64,000 nt of DNA from Octopus sinensis. Lineage: Eukaryota. Shown here piece by piece: positions 51,271 through 64,000 of the stretch; the stretch's first letter is position 1, and each line of letters begins with the position of its first letter. Where the stretch lies: NCBI RefSeq assembly GCF_006345805.1, contig NW_021833452.1:1-64000 (forward strand), read 5' to 3'. A program made the position numbers and the translations under genes. The notes beneath the pieces were generated by a model that saw only the letters and a program-made list of their open reading frames with translations, was not told where the DNA came from and did not search any database.

Positions 51271-52226
51271 CATTTGCATAGTTACCGTTTTTATTAAATA
51301 TTTTGAGATCATTTCGAGATCAATTACTTTTATAAATACTTGGGAAACCATTCGAGATGGATCGTTACCAACGTCACCTTACTGGCACCTGTGCCGGTGG
51401 TATGTGTAAAAAGATTCGCGTGAAGTCATTGCCAGTACCGCCTGACTGGCCTCCGTGCCGGTGGCATTTAAAAAGCACCTGCTACACTCTCGGAGTGGTT
51501 GGCGTTAGGAAGGACATCCAACTGTAGAAACTCTGCCAGATCAAGATTGGAGCCTGGTGCACCCATCAGTCAAAACCGTCCAACCCATTAAACGATGATG
51601 ATGATGATGATGATTTGGAAACATCCTTCAATTCTTATATGAAAAACAAACAAAATTTGAAGTCATTTGGTTTCTGTTTCTACCCTGAAAATTGACCACA
51701 TATAGGAAATGTTCTAATACATGCTTCTTAAACTGTCCTTCAATTGAAAGTAAATGCAAGTTTGAAGGTAATTGGTTGTATTTTCTAGCAGGATATGAAA
51801 CCATGGGTGGGGAAATATTTTTGTAGTTGATCTGTAAAGTGGCCTTTAGAGAGACAGAAAGATATGGGGAGAGAAAGATGAAGTGAGAGAAGAGAGAGAG
51901 AGAGAGAAGGAAAAGAAAGTGGAACATAAAGAGACAGAGGGTGAGAGAAGGGGAGGGATATATGGTTTAGTGAGAGAGTGAAGGGGTAAAAGTATGAGGT
52001 AAAAGACAAAGTAAAAGAGGCGGGATAATAGAGTAATATATGCCAAGATGGCAGAGACGGATATATATATATATATATTTCGTCTGTCTTAACGGTCTGA
52101 GTTCAAATTCCACCGCGGTCAACTTCATCTTTTCGGGGTCGATAAATTAAGTACCAGTTGCGTACTGGTGTCGATCTAATAAACTGCTCCCTCAAGTTTC
52201 GGGCCTTGTGCCTAGAATTTAAAAGA

Positions 52227-52267
<41 letters not shown>

Positions 52268-52626
52268 TGTGTGTATGTGTGTGAAAAATAAAGTGTCTTA
52301 AATTGTACAACAGTGCACTATAATAACAACAAAGCACTATAATAACTGTTATAATTTAATCCTCCATAGTCTGATACAATAATTCGGGATATAAAAATTC
52401 CTTCTTCAGATATCCCTAGGAATTGATCGAGTCACTGCTACAATCGCTTTTCCAATGTTTTTTTTTCTATATTCCGAAATGTTTTATCAGACTATGGATG
52501 ATTAAATTATAACAGTTATTATAGTCCATATTTGTTATTATACTGCTGTTATGCCATTCAACACACCTTATATTTTTTACAAACAATACACAATGCTTCA
52601 AGCGAACTACAATACTCTCCCATATA

Positions 52627-53013
52627 GGAGTGACTGTGTGGTAAGTAGCTTGCTTACGAACCACACAGTTCTGGGTTCTGGCACCTTGGGCAAGTGTCAT
52701 CTACTATAGTCTCGGGCCGACCAAAGCCTTGTGAATGGATTAGGTAGACGGAAACTGAAAGAAGCCCGGCGTATATATGTATATATGTATGTGCGTGTAT
52801 ATGTTTGTGTGTCTGTGTTTGTCAACCCCAGCATCGCTTGACAACCGATGCTGGTGTATTTATGTCCCGGTAACTTAGCGGTTCGGCAAAAAGAGGCCGA
52901 TAGAATAAGTACTAGGCTTACAAAGAATAAGTCCTGGGGTCGATTTGATCGACTAAAGGCGGTGCTCCAGCATGGCCACAGTAACGTGACTGAAACATGT
53001 AAAAGAGTAAAGA
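52627..53013 (+). mobile_element. SINE family B
   Basis: Same family sequence. Confidence 0.88.
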
Positions 53014-53014
53014 G

Positions 53015-53092
<78 letters not shown>

Positions 53093-53844
53093 TCTATTGA
53101 TATAAAGGTTTTAGTAAGAGTGTGTGGGAATGTTGGGTTGGAGAGAAGGCAGAAGAAGCAGTGTTTCTCGAAGTGTCCTTCCATTCAGAACTGAAAAACT
53201 ATAAAGTTTGAAGGACTTGCTTTCTGTTTCTAGAAAGATGTGAGAAAATATGTTGGTCTCTTTCTTTTATAAATTCTTCTCAATTGTCCTTCAAATTTTT
53301 ATATGACAAATATAGTGAATTGAAAGTCACACGGCTTCTGTTTCTAGAATGGAGAATACCACGTATGGGAGAAGATTTTAGAAATGCTTCTTAATGTTCC
53401 TTTTAATTATTTAATGAAAACAAATGAAAATTTGAGTGCAGTTGGCTGTTATTTCTAGCATAAGGTGAAATAATGTAGATGACAATTATTTTAATAAATG
53501 CTTCTTAAATTGTCCTTCAATTTAATTTCTTCAATTATAAACTACAAAGTATTTATGTAACTAGTCATTAGTTAAATAATTAATTATTTAAATTAAGCTG
53601 CACCAAAATTTAAATCAGAGAAGTTGTTAGAAAGTGGCGTCTCTTAGAAATAAAAGGAGAGGAAGAAGGAGAGGGTAATAATATAATGAAGAGGAGGAGG
53701 GAGATAGAGAGGAAGAAAGGAAAATAGAGAGGGATACCTAGGGAAGGGGAGGGACAGGTTAATGTATGATGTTACAGAGAGGAAGAGAAACTGATACATA
53801 TCATCAGTACGTGAGGGAGGGGATGAGGTGAGCGGTATGGCAAG

Positions 53845-54075
53845 GGAGAGCTGGCAGAAACGTTAGAACGCCGGGCGAAATGCTTAACGGTATTTCGCTT
53901 GTCGTTACGTTGTGAGTTCAAATTCCACCGAGGTTGACTTTGCCTTTCATCCTTTCGGGGTCGATAAATTAAGTACCAGTTACGCACTGGGGTCGATGTA
54001 ATCGACTTAATCCGTTTGTCTGTCCTTGTTTGTCCCCTCTGTGTTTAGCCCCTTGTTGGCAATAAAGAAATAGGT
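53845..54075 (+). mobile_element. SINE family C, near full length
   Basis: GAGCTGGCAGAAACGTTAG...GAGTTCAAATTCC; flanked by duplicated GGTATGGCAAGGGAG (TSD-like). Confidence 0.85.
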
Positions 54076-55444
54076 ATGGCAAGGGAGGCGGGGTTTAAAA
54101 TAAATATATAATGAGGTGGAGGAGGGAGAGAGGAGACAAAGAGGGAGAAGTCGATTGCTATGTTTTGTAGGAGATAGAGAGAGAGAATGAGAGAAAAAAG
54201 GGTGATGGAAATAGAAGGCAAGAGAGGGAGGGGCACTGTAATATATAATGAGGCAGGAAGAGAGAGACTGTTAGCTACAGAGAGAGAAGGCAAACGATAA
54301 ATACATTTACTAATAGAGGAAGGGTAAGAGGTAAGAGGGGCGGAGTCAGTCCACATTAAATGGGGTGAGAGTGTTTACTAAGAGAGAGAATGTCAGAGGT
54401 AAGGAATATATAACGAAGGGCGGGCAAGTAGGGTCAGAGCAAGGATAATAACTCTTACTACATCCCATTTTTCTTTAAACTGTTTTCTTTTTTATTGAGT
54501 CTAACGAAATCTGTTTTCTTGTGCAAATTGTACAGATTTCCAAATATGATTTAATGAGAATAACACATCGAAGTGTTTATAACACATTACCAATAAATAT
54601 CGAACACTTTTCTACGTCACTGATTCGTTTTTCGGTTGACATCTCTCAACTTCGCTTTTTTACACTTTCGTTTCTTAGTCTTTAATTAGTTTCCAGGGAA
54701 CACAACTTAAGGAAAAGTATTAAGTTAGCCTCTCTTAGCTTTCTGTCTCGCAACCCCCATCGACACATACACACTCTCATATCCATTTCCTCTCTCTTTC
54801 ACTTTATGCTGCCTTCGAAGACTGTCAATTTTCACCTACGAAAATAAATAAATAAATTTTACTGAATTTACCGAGCGCTGTAACTTAACAGTTGATTAAA
54901 AGTGACATTTCCCCGAGTTATATCGAAGGATCGCCTATATGTGTGTATGTAGGAGTTGAGAAATGTATTATAAGATTTATAAATGTATTATTATCAGCTG
55001 ATTAAGAGAAATTCATTCAAAGGACATTTACCCAGGTATCAACAGCAAGTAGGAATCACGTTCAATCTCCTCTGAAATATTTAAGACAGTTAACCCTTCT
55101 TTTGCCCTTAATTATATTTATATGTTTCTTTGAGTATTAATATCTGACTGTATTGATTCATTCTATCGGATGCTGTTACACGTCGCTGCTCACGATGCCC
55201 TTCCAGTTCTTTCTTGATTGGGTCATTCTTTGCCATCTTCGCCCAAATATTTCAACTGTCTTGATGTCTTCATTACATCATTCTCGCAAAATAATGTGTT
55301 AACTAGACATGTTTGTATTGTTATGTGAACATAACTATATAAATGTGACACTTCAAAACGATAGGCATTTTAAGCCCCGCCTAAATTCGGGGGTTAGTTT
55401 CGTAGATTTTAACCACAACAACAATTAATCCATTCGTTGTTGCT

Positions 55445-57935
55445 CGGAAAGAAAGAAAGAAAAAAGAAAGATAGAAACAAAAAAAGAAAGAAAGAAAGAA
55501 AGAAGAAAGTAAGTAAAGGGAAACAAAAAAGAAAGAAAGAAAAAAAGAAAGTAAGTAAAGGGAAACAAAAAAGAAATAAATAAAAAGAAAGTAAAGCGAA
55601 ACAAAAAGAAAGAAAGAATGAGAGAGAGATAGAAACAATGAAATTAAGGAAAAGAAAGAGAGTGAGAGAGAGAGAGAGTAAAAAGAAGGAAAGAATGAAA
55701 GAGAAAGAGAGAGGGAGGAAGAAAGAAAAGAGAAAAAGAAAGAATGATAGAAGAGAGGGGGAAGGAAAAGAGTAATGTGATTCTGTAATAATACATGAAA
55801 TGAGAGCGGAAGAAATAAATAAAGAAAGAAAGGAAAAAAAAGAAATTAAGAAAGAAAGTAAGGAAGGGAGAAAGAAAGGGAGAAAGAAAGGAGCAAGAAA
55901 AGAAAAAGAAAGAAGAAAGTAAGTAAAGGAAACAAAAAAAGAAAGAAAGAAAGAAAGAAAAAGAAAGAAGGAAAGGTAGAAAGAAAAGAAAGATAGAAAC
56001 AAAAAAAGAAAGAAAGAAAGAAGAAAAGAAAGAAAGAAAGAAGAAAAGAAAGAAAGAAAGAAAGAAGAAAAGAAAGAAGAAAGTAAGTAAAGGAAACAAA
56101 AAAAGAAAGAAAGAAAAAAAAAAAAAAGAAAGAAGAAAGTAAGTAAAGGGAAACAAAAAAAGAAATAAATAAAAAGAAAGTAAAGCGAAACAAAAAAAGA
56201 AAGAAAGAATGAGAGAGAGATAGAAACAATGAAATTAAGGAAAAGAAAGAGAGTGAGAGAGAGAGAGAGAGAGTAAAAAGAAGGAAAGAATGAAAGAGAA
56301 AGAGAGAGGGAGAAAGAAAGAAAGAAGAAAAGAAAGAAAAAGAAAGAATGATAGAAGAGAGGGGGAAGGAAAAGAGTAATGTGATTCTGTAATAATACAT
56401 GAAATGAGAGCGGAAGAAATAAATAAGAAAGAAGGAAAAAAAAAAAAAAGAAAGAAGAAAGAAGAAAGTAAGGAAGGGAGAAAGAAAGGAGCAAGAAAAG
56501 AAAAAGAAAGAAGGAAAGGTAGAAAGAAAGAAAAGAAAGAAAGAAAAAGAAAGAAGGAAAGGTAGAAAGAAAAGAAAGATAGAAAGGGAAAAGAAGGAAA
56601 TATAGAAAGAATGAAACAAAAATAGAAAGGAGGAAAGTGGAAAGAAAGAAAGGAAAGAAGAAAAGAAAGAAATAACAAATAAGGAAAGATAGAAGGAATG
56701 AAGGGAAGAAAGAAGGAAAAAGAAGGAAAAAAGAAGGAAAGAAAGAGAGTAAGATAAGAGCTGGGCGTGAGGGAGAGAGAGAAAAAGGAGAAAAGGAAAG
56801 GAAAACAAAGAAAAGAAACGAAACAAGGATGAAAAAAGAAAGGAAGAAAAAGAGAAGAAGCAAAGGAGAAGGAAAGATAAGAGCGAAGAAAGAAAAGAGA
56901 ATGAAGGGAAAGAAGAAGGAAATGAAAATCTGAAATAAAAATAAATAAATAACGAAAATGAAAGAAGGAAACAGAGCAAAATGAGAGAAATGAAAGAAAG
57001 AAAAAAAGAAAGGAAGAGGAATGAATGAAAGAAAGAAAGAGAAAGAAAGGAAGAAAGACAGAAAGAAAAAAGAAAGATAGAAAGAAAAAAGAAAGACAGA
57101 AAGAAAGAAAAAAGAAACGAAGAAAGGAAATTGAAAGAAAGAAAGACAGAAAGGAAGAAAGAAAGGAAGAGAGGAAAAGGAACGAAAAAAAGAAGAAAGA
57201 AAGAATGAGAGAGAGATAGAGAGGAAGGCGACGTAATTCTGTAAAAATGATGACATGAAAGAGGGAGAAGGAGAGAGAGAGGGGGTGGAAGGAGGAGGGA
57301 TTAGAGAAATTAATGTTAAGAAGAGAGGAGGAGTATGAGATGAGAGACAAAGAGTAAAAAGGCGGAGCATTAATATATAATAAGGTAATAGAGAGAGGGA
57401 GAGGGAGAGAGAGAGAAGGAGAGAGACAGAGAAACAAAGACACGGAGACAGAGAGAGAGACATAAGAAGCGAGAGGGCGAAAGAAAGAGACTGAAATGGA
57501 GAAATTGAGAGAGCAAAGAGAGAGGAGAGGGAGATGGAAAGGGAGGAGAAATGGAGGGAAAGAATGAGGTAAGAGAATGAGAGAATATTATATAAGGAGG
57601 TGGAGGGAGAGAGAGAATGATACATAGGTTTAGAAAGAGAGGGAGAGTGTGACGTGGGGCGGAGCGCAAAAGAGGTAGAGGGAGAGTATGATATATGAGG
57701 TGGTAAAGAGGGAGGGAGAGAGACAAAAAGTGAGGGAGGGGGAAGGAAACATAGATGATGTATGAGATATGTTCTTTGTGAGGGAGGGAGAGCAAGAGTT
57801 GAGAGAAAATGAGGGATGAAGGAGTAGAGAAGGAGAGGGAATTATGTGTGTGATAAGAGAGGGAGTCTATCATGTATTAGAGAAAGGAAGAGGGGAAGGA
57901 TGAGGTATTAATACAGAAAGAGGAAGGAGAGAGAA
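55445..57935. repeat. 2.5 kb polypurine (GAAA/GA)-rich tract with a ~600-bp internal tandem duplication
   Basis: GAGTAATGTGATTCTGTAATAATACATGAAATGAGAGCGG at about 55770 and 56374. Confidence 0.95.
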
Positions 57936-59554
57936 GAGTTTAGAAGTGTCCTTCATTTTCATATGAAACACAAAACCAAACTTTAGCAGACTTGGCTATT
58001 ATTTCTAGCATCACATTTGATCCCCAATTGGACTATATTTCCTTAGAAGCTCCTTAAAGTGATAACAGACCACCACAAAGCAACTTTGAGTGTAGTGGGC
58101 GGTTATTTCTAGCATGATGTCAAACCACGTGTAGGACGATTCTTTGAATAAATGCTACTTAAATTGTCCGTCAATGCCTCGACTATTTAATTTCCTCAAT
58201 TAAGAACTACACAGTAATTATGTAATTAATCGTTAGTTAAATAATTAGCTTCTGGTAAAATAATTAGCGAGAGAGAAATTTTAAGGTAAATCTGAAAATA
58301 TAATTTATTTGTAAGAAAATAAGGTTTCTTAGGAATAAAAGGAGAGGAAGAGGGAGAGGGTAAGATATAAGGAGGTGGGGGAGATAGAGAGAGAAAGAAA
58401 GGAAGAAAGAGTGAGAGAGAGAGAAAATAGGGAAGGGGAGGGATATGTTAATGTATAAAATGGCAGAGAAAGAAAGAGAAAGAGTGTGTGTGTGCCTGAG
58501 AAAGAGAGAGAGGGGGGAATTGATATATATACGTTTAGGAAGTGAGGAAGAGGATGAGGTGAACGATATAGCAAGGGAGGCGGGGGTGGTTAAAATGAAT
58601 ATATAATGAGGTTCTGAGAGAAAGGAGACAAAGAGAGAGAAGTGGGAGGATATGTTTTGTAGGGGAGAGAGAAAGAGTATGAAAATGCATTATGGGTTTA
58701 GTGAGGTGCAGACAGAGGGAATTAAGACTACAAGCAAGGGAGGGGGAAGCATTGGGTAATATATGAGGAGGTGGGAGACGGAGGCGAAGGGAAAGAGACA
58801 GACAAAGAGGGAGAGCGCGCTTATTGGACGATATATATTTAGTAATAGGGGAAGGGTATGAGTTTATAAAGAAAGCAAAATGGGCGGAGTCATTCCACAT
58901 TATACAATGTGGTGGGCGGTGTCAAAGCGTAAGAACAATAACTCTTATTGAATCCCTTTTCGTTTTAAATTGTAATTTTTTCTTGCGCAGAATTTGAAGA
59001 TTTCCAAAAATGATTTAATGTAAATAATAGATCGAAGTGTTTATAACGCAATATCAATAAATATCGAACACTTTTCTATATCACTGATTCGTTTTCGTTT
59101 CGCTTCTTTTAATATAGCAATTCTTACCCTTTAATTTCCTCCTCGTAATCTTCACACTGCACCCTGCACCTATTATTAAAATACTCTGTAAAGCAATGGA
59201 ATTGTTTAGGGAGGTGATTCTATGCACAACAATAACAACAACAACAATTGAACATTTGAAAGTTTATATTTATTTCAGAATGTAATTTCTGGTTACAAGG
59301 GAGCCAAACCAGTAAAGTGGTCTCTCTTTGGTTGACAGATCTGCTAGAAATAATAACCAAATTTACCAAATTCACACTTCATCATCTTAAGGTAGGACAA
59401 GTGGGACAATGTGGTTCTGAGTTTTCTACATTAGCAATAAAGACAGGATGGTCCCGGCTGGGAGACATTTAAGATAGATCATTGTTTGGTCAAGGCTGAT
59501 CTGGGATTAAACAACATTTACAAAATAATTCACTCTTCAAGTAATGATAGACAT

Positions 59555-60220
59555 GCGGTGAATGAAATATTGTATGCGTCTCTTCAACTCTGTAGGCTCG
59601 CACATGCGTGACACATTTCTCATTATTCTGACGAGGTCTGCCATCAAAATATTGAATTTGGCATTGTCCATGATGGCTGAGTTCCGGTGGGTCAACTATT
59701 TGGAGGCCATAGGTTTGGCATAGTACGAATGAAGGATTTGGGTTTTATTATTCACAATTTCTAGCTAGAGTTCAGTTTCTAGTACTGGTAGTCTATGGTT
59801 GGGGTGTTTTGTGTGGTAGTCTATTGTGACCTTAATACTCTGGTCGATGGAGTTAGCTATTTGCTGGATGCTCTCCATAGTATTAGTTTCTATTACTATA
59901 TCAACAGTACTCTCTTGTGGGGGTGCCTTTACCACTATGTTGATATCATCAACATAGCGAGAGTACATGTTTACGAGTATGGAGTTCTGTGTCAGCCGTT
60001 CCTTAAGCCTTCTGTCCCACCATACCATGAAAAGGTTGGCCACATCACCGGCGATACTAACGCCGATTGCTGCCCCCTCATCCTGGGCATATATTTTATT
60101 GTTAAACTTAAATGTGTGGCCTTTTAGGGTAACGCTTATACTAGCTCCTAGTGCATGTGCGATCATTTTCTTTACCTGATAGACATAGATAGTATGGATC
60201 TGGTCTCTCCGCTCCATCTC
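59555..60220 (-). mobile_element. Penelope-like element reverse transcriptase remnant
   Basis: FKFNNKIYAQDEGAAIG...VANLFM...YSRYVDDI and the downstream YYAKPMAS thumb motif. Confidence 0.85.
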
Positions 60221-60369
60221 TCTCTATGGGTCTTCCTAGTCATAGAATTAGGATAAGGATAGGATGGTCCTGGATGGAAGGCATTTGATCATGGGTATCT
60301 GTTGGCGAAGCTAGACCTTGGACTTAAGAAGATCAGCAACTACACAGAGATAAATTAAGTACAATTATC

Positions 60370-61655
60370 AGAAGGCCCACTTGTATGATATCCTTCTACA
60401 GGATACCTCAAAGACAGGTGACAATGACTTCATCTTTGTGGCTGGAGATTTTAATGGGCATGACGGACGGTAATCTGGTGTTTTCCATGGTGTTCATGGG
60501 GATCCATGGAATTGGTTACAGAAACAAAGAGGGAACTAGGCTATTGGAGTTCCGTGATGCTAGCAACCAACTGATCTGCAACACCAACATCAGGAAGCCA
60601 AGCAGCCACCTGATAACCTATCAATCATGCGACTCTGCTAGCCCGATTGATTTCATCCTCACCAGACAGCGGAATGCATGGTTGCTGTTAAATACAAATG
60701 CTCTGCTTGGTGAAGAATGTACTCCCCAGCATAGGCTAGTCATCAGTGACCTTCGATTCGAGGCCACATGGATGCCAAGAAGCAGACCAATCCAGAAAAG
60801 AAGGATTTGGAAGCTTAAGAACCCTTCTTATGGTCAGAGATTTAGGGACATCCTCATTCAGAAATTTAATGAGAGGGAAGAGAAGCTACAGATTTGTGAC
60901 ATAGAGGGTAACTGGAAATTCCTGCGTGACAGCTTACTGAGCACCACAGATCTAAAATCTGTGACTGCAAAGTCCCTTCCAGATCTAGGGTAACGTGGTG
61001 CTGGAATAATACGGTAGACAAGACCATCAGAGCAATGAAATAGTCTTGGGAAACCTGGAAGAATAGCGATAGGGAGACTAGGAGACAGGTTTATATATAT
61101 ACATATATATATATATATCAAAGGGAGAAGCAGAAAATAGGTTTGCCAATGTTCAGCGATGTGAGGACCAAATAACCGAAGTATTTCGGATTAAAAGAAA
61201 GTATGCGAGAGAGAATTGTGATGTCACAGGACAGACATGTGTTCGCGTGGATGATGGTGCACTTCAGTTTAATGAATCTGCAAAGAAAGAGGCTTGGAGA
61301 TGCCACTATGAAAGACTGATGAATGTGGAGAATGAATGAGAGGATGGGAGCCTGCCAAATGTTGACCCAGTTGAGGGAGCAGCTACCAAAATCTATAGCA
61401 ATCTGGTAGATAAAGCAATTAAGGATATTGAAGTTAGGGAAAGCCATCCGTCCATCAGGAATCACTGCTGAAATACTTAAAATATCTGGTGATGTGGGTT
61501 ATAGTCTAGTCACCCGTATTGTAAATCAGGTGGTACACGAAGGAGTCACACCCAATGACTGGAGAAGCAGCCGAATAGTCAACTGCTACAAAGGTAAAGG
61601 TGATGCTTTAGATAGAAGTAACTACAAAGGTAGCAAATTGCTGGATCAGGTGTAT
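60370..61655 (+). mobile_element. Degenerate RTE-like LINE (APE endonuclease to RT start)
   Basis: GDFNGH, IDFILTR, GKAIRPSGITAEILK and PNDW..IVNCYKGKGD..NYKG motifs. Confidence 0.88.
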
Positions 61656-61659
61656 AATG

Positions 61660-61797
61660 ATCAACGTTAATGATCATTATACTTATATTCTTAGAGATTT
61701 GATTTTTAATTCTTTTAATTCATAACAATGTTATTCTGACCTGAGACATTCAGGGTACGTACCTAAAAATCATATCATGACAGACATCTGGCTACAT

Positions 61798-61841
<44 letters not shown>

Positions 61842-62095
61842 ACAATATCATATCAGAAAACTTAGGAAAGACCTTAGTAGTAAAAGAAACAAAAGTTTTC
61901 CCGTTTACTCACCTGTTTACAAATAAACAACGAAATATTTTATTTCTCTGTCCTAAAAGACATCATTAACTCTATTGTGTCTTCTTATTTATCCATTTTA
62001 CCAACCACGTTAACCTGGATTTTATGAAATTTCAGTGGAATATTTAATAGAATCATATTAGAGCTAATCTCTCAAATAGAAATTCAGAACGGAAC
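61660..62095 (+). repeat. Dispersed copy of ANK-RING intron segment 3053-3457
   Basis: Colinear high-similarity match including the (AAC)n tract and AACTCTATTGTGTCTTCT. Confidence 0.92.
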
Positions 62096-62099
62096 CAGA

Positions 62100-63450
62100 T
62101 CTGACAATTCTGAAACGAATGGCCAGAAGCAAAATAGTCACCTTCCTTGAGGAAAATGACTTGCTGGCTGACACCCAACATGGTTTCCCACCAGGAAGAA
62201 GCTGCCTGACTCAGCTCTTACAAGATTATGACTGGGTACTGAAACAGCTGCTCAACCACTCAAATGTGGAAGTCATATATCTGGACTTTGCAAAGGCCTT
62301 TGATAAAGTTGATCATGGAATGAAATGTCACAAACAGCGTGATCTCGGCATAGTCGGAAAATTGAGAGAATGGCCGAATGACTTTCTGAAGGATAGAATT
62401 CAGGTGGTAGTAGCCAATGGGGCCACCTCCAATGACATGCAAATAGTGAGTGGTGTTCAACAAGGCACTGTTTTGGGGCCACTACTGTTCATAATGGCCA
62501 TCTCAGATATGCCCTCAGCCACGCTGAAAGCTACAATCACAAGTTAGCAGATGATACAAAAGTCTTACAGGTGATACAGAACCTTGAAGACACTTTGCAC
62601 CTGCAACACGAGAAGGATGACAGGATAGCATGCGGTTTAATGCTGAATAGTTTCAAGACTTTTTCTATCAGCATGCAAAACTATATGCAATACCCAATAA
62701 ATACACTGGACTTGGAGGGATTGCAATCCTAGAGACACAATCAGTGCGAGACCTGGGTATTTACATGAGTAATGATGCATCTTACCATGTTCATGTTGCT
62801 AAGTTGGCAATGAAACGCAGGTGACTGACTGGATGGATTCTTAGAACTTTTCGAACAAGAGACCAGGAAAACATTATGTTCCTCTGGAGGGCACTTGTCC
62901 TAAGCCACTTTGACTATTGCTCTCAGCTATGGTCACCAACCATTGTCACATTAATTTCAGGACTTGAGGTCATCCAACAAAGCTACACGAAGCTACCCTT
63001 TATGCAGCATATACGTTACTGGGAAAGACTCAAGAGATTAAGACTCAATTCCTTAGAGCGTAGGCGAGAAAGATATGTCATAATACACATCTGGAAGACA
63101 TGTCCCAAACTTTAGCATCGAGAGTTACACAAATACTAGAACAGAGCGCCTCTGCAACAGCCTGGGATTCAGGGGACCACATCTCTTCAATATCCTCCCG
63201 AATGACCAGAGAGACCTGCATGGGGTGGATGTAGGTATCTGCAAAATGAAACTGGACCTCTTACTGTCAAGTGTTCCTGATAAACCAACTTCATAGTAGG
63301 AGGTGCAGATGAGGGCTGCGGCATTAAACTCCCTCACGCACCAAATGTCACTTTCTAAAAAGAATTAGTGAAGTAAAATTACGTAGCAACACCATTTGGC
63401 GGTGCCACAACATGGCAACAACACATGAGCTGAAACTAAATCAAATCTAA
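62100..63450 (+). mobile_element. CR1-group LINE RT/3' fragment
   Basis: QHGF.GRSCLTQL, YLDFAKAFDKVDH, SGVQQGTVLGPLLF, ADDTK and SLERRRERY motifs. Confidence 0.92.
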
Positions 63451-64000
63451 TCAATTCTGTACTAATTTTGATAACAAATAGTTCGTTTTAAAACTAATAA
63501 TTTCTATTAATAACTGTTTATCATTTTCTGAAATAAATTTGATGTAATTTAAATATTTTGTTGTATTTAATTTCAGATTAACCAACTTTATTCACTCCAA
63601 TCACAAAATAATCCAATAACAAGCGGATAATGCTTAGGAGTCTTTCTCTCTTGTTTCGCTAAATTTTGCACGGCGGAGCTTCCTGCAACGTCTCATAAAT
63701 TTTATTTATTTAATCTGAGTACATGATGCAAAAACTCGATATTTCATTGCAAATTAGAATGGAATAAAAGTCGTGCAGTTTAAAGGATAATATTGTAGGG
63801 GAAAATAGTACTTTTCCATTATCAGAAGTTATCTGAATAGAGGGAGACACTGTGGATTTACCACAATCACATGGAATTAAAAAAACAAATGTGTAATTAT
63901 TTTAATATGACAGGATTTTTCAGCACAGTTATCATTACATATTTAAATTTTGGATTTATTTTGATATGGAAAATCATAAAGTTTTCACTGAAAAACTAAC

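Larger units (their letters stand above)
53440..59095. repeat. Diverged ~1 kb direct duplication (53440-54632 vs 58100-59095)
   Basis: Shared GGGCGGAGTCA.TCCACATTA and ATCGAAGTGTTTATAAC...AAATATCGAACACTTTTCTA blocks; a SINE is present only in the first copy. Confidence 0.8.

Noticed and set aside
55381-57873. ORFs of up to 738 aa on the minus strand
   Set aside because: GA-rich low-complexity tract with no domain signal

Overview
Repeat-rich, AT-rich animal genomic DNA. The tRNA-derived SINE families and very dense (TA)n/(CA)n/(CT)n microsatellites suggest an octopod cephalopod (inference). I reconstructed one spliced protein-coding gene by hand on the minus strand. It has 10 phase-compatible GT-AG exons from 28650 down to 1760 (about 408 codons inside the window). 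It encodes about 7 ankyrin repeats, a C3HC4 RING finger and a tail built from tandemly duplicated phase 1-1 mini-exons, and it continues beyond the left edge. A third mini-exon copy (937-985) has lost its splice acceptor. The introns and upstream region hold SINEs, CR1/RTE/R2-NeSL-like LINE remnants, a Ty3/Gypsy fragment with LTR, Helitron and Helentron-type elements, a Mariner remnant with MITEs, a Penelope-like RT remnant and several local direct or inverted duplications. The most unusual signal is a cluster of type I hammerhead-ribozyme motifs with palindromic stem III, sitting in short Penelope-like fragments at (TA)n tracts. One is fully canonical and lies in the sense orientation of a host intron. 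Almost all long ORFs in the supplied track are microsatellite artefacts. Repeat boundaries are approximate; exon and ribozyme coordinates were counted by hand.
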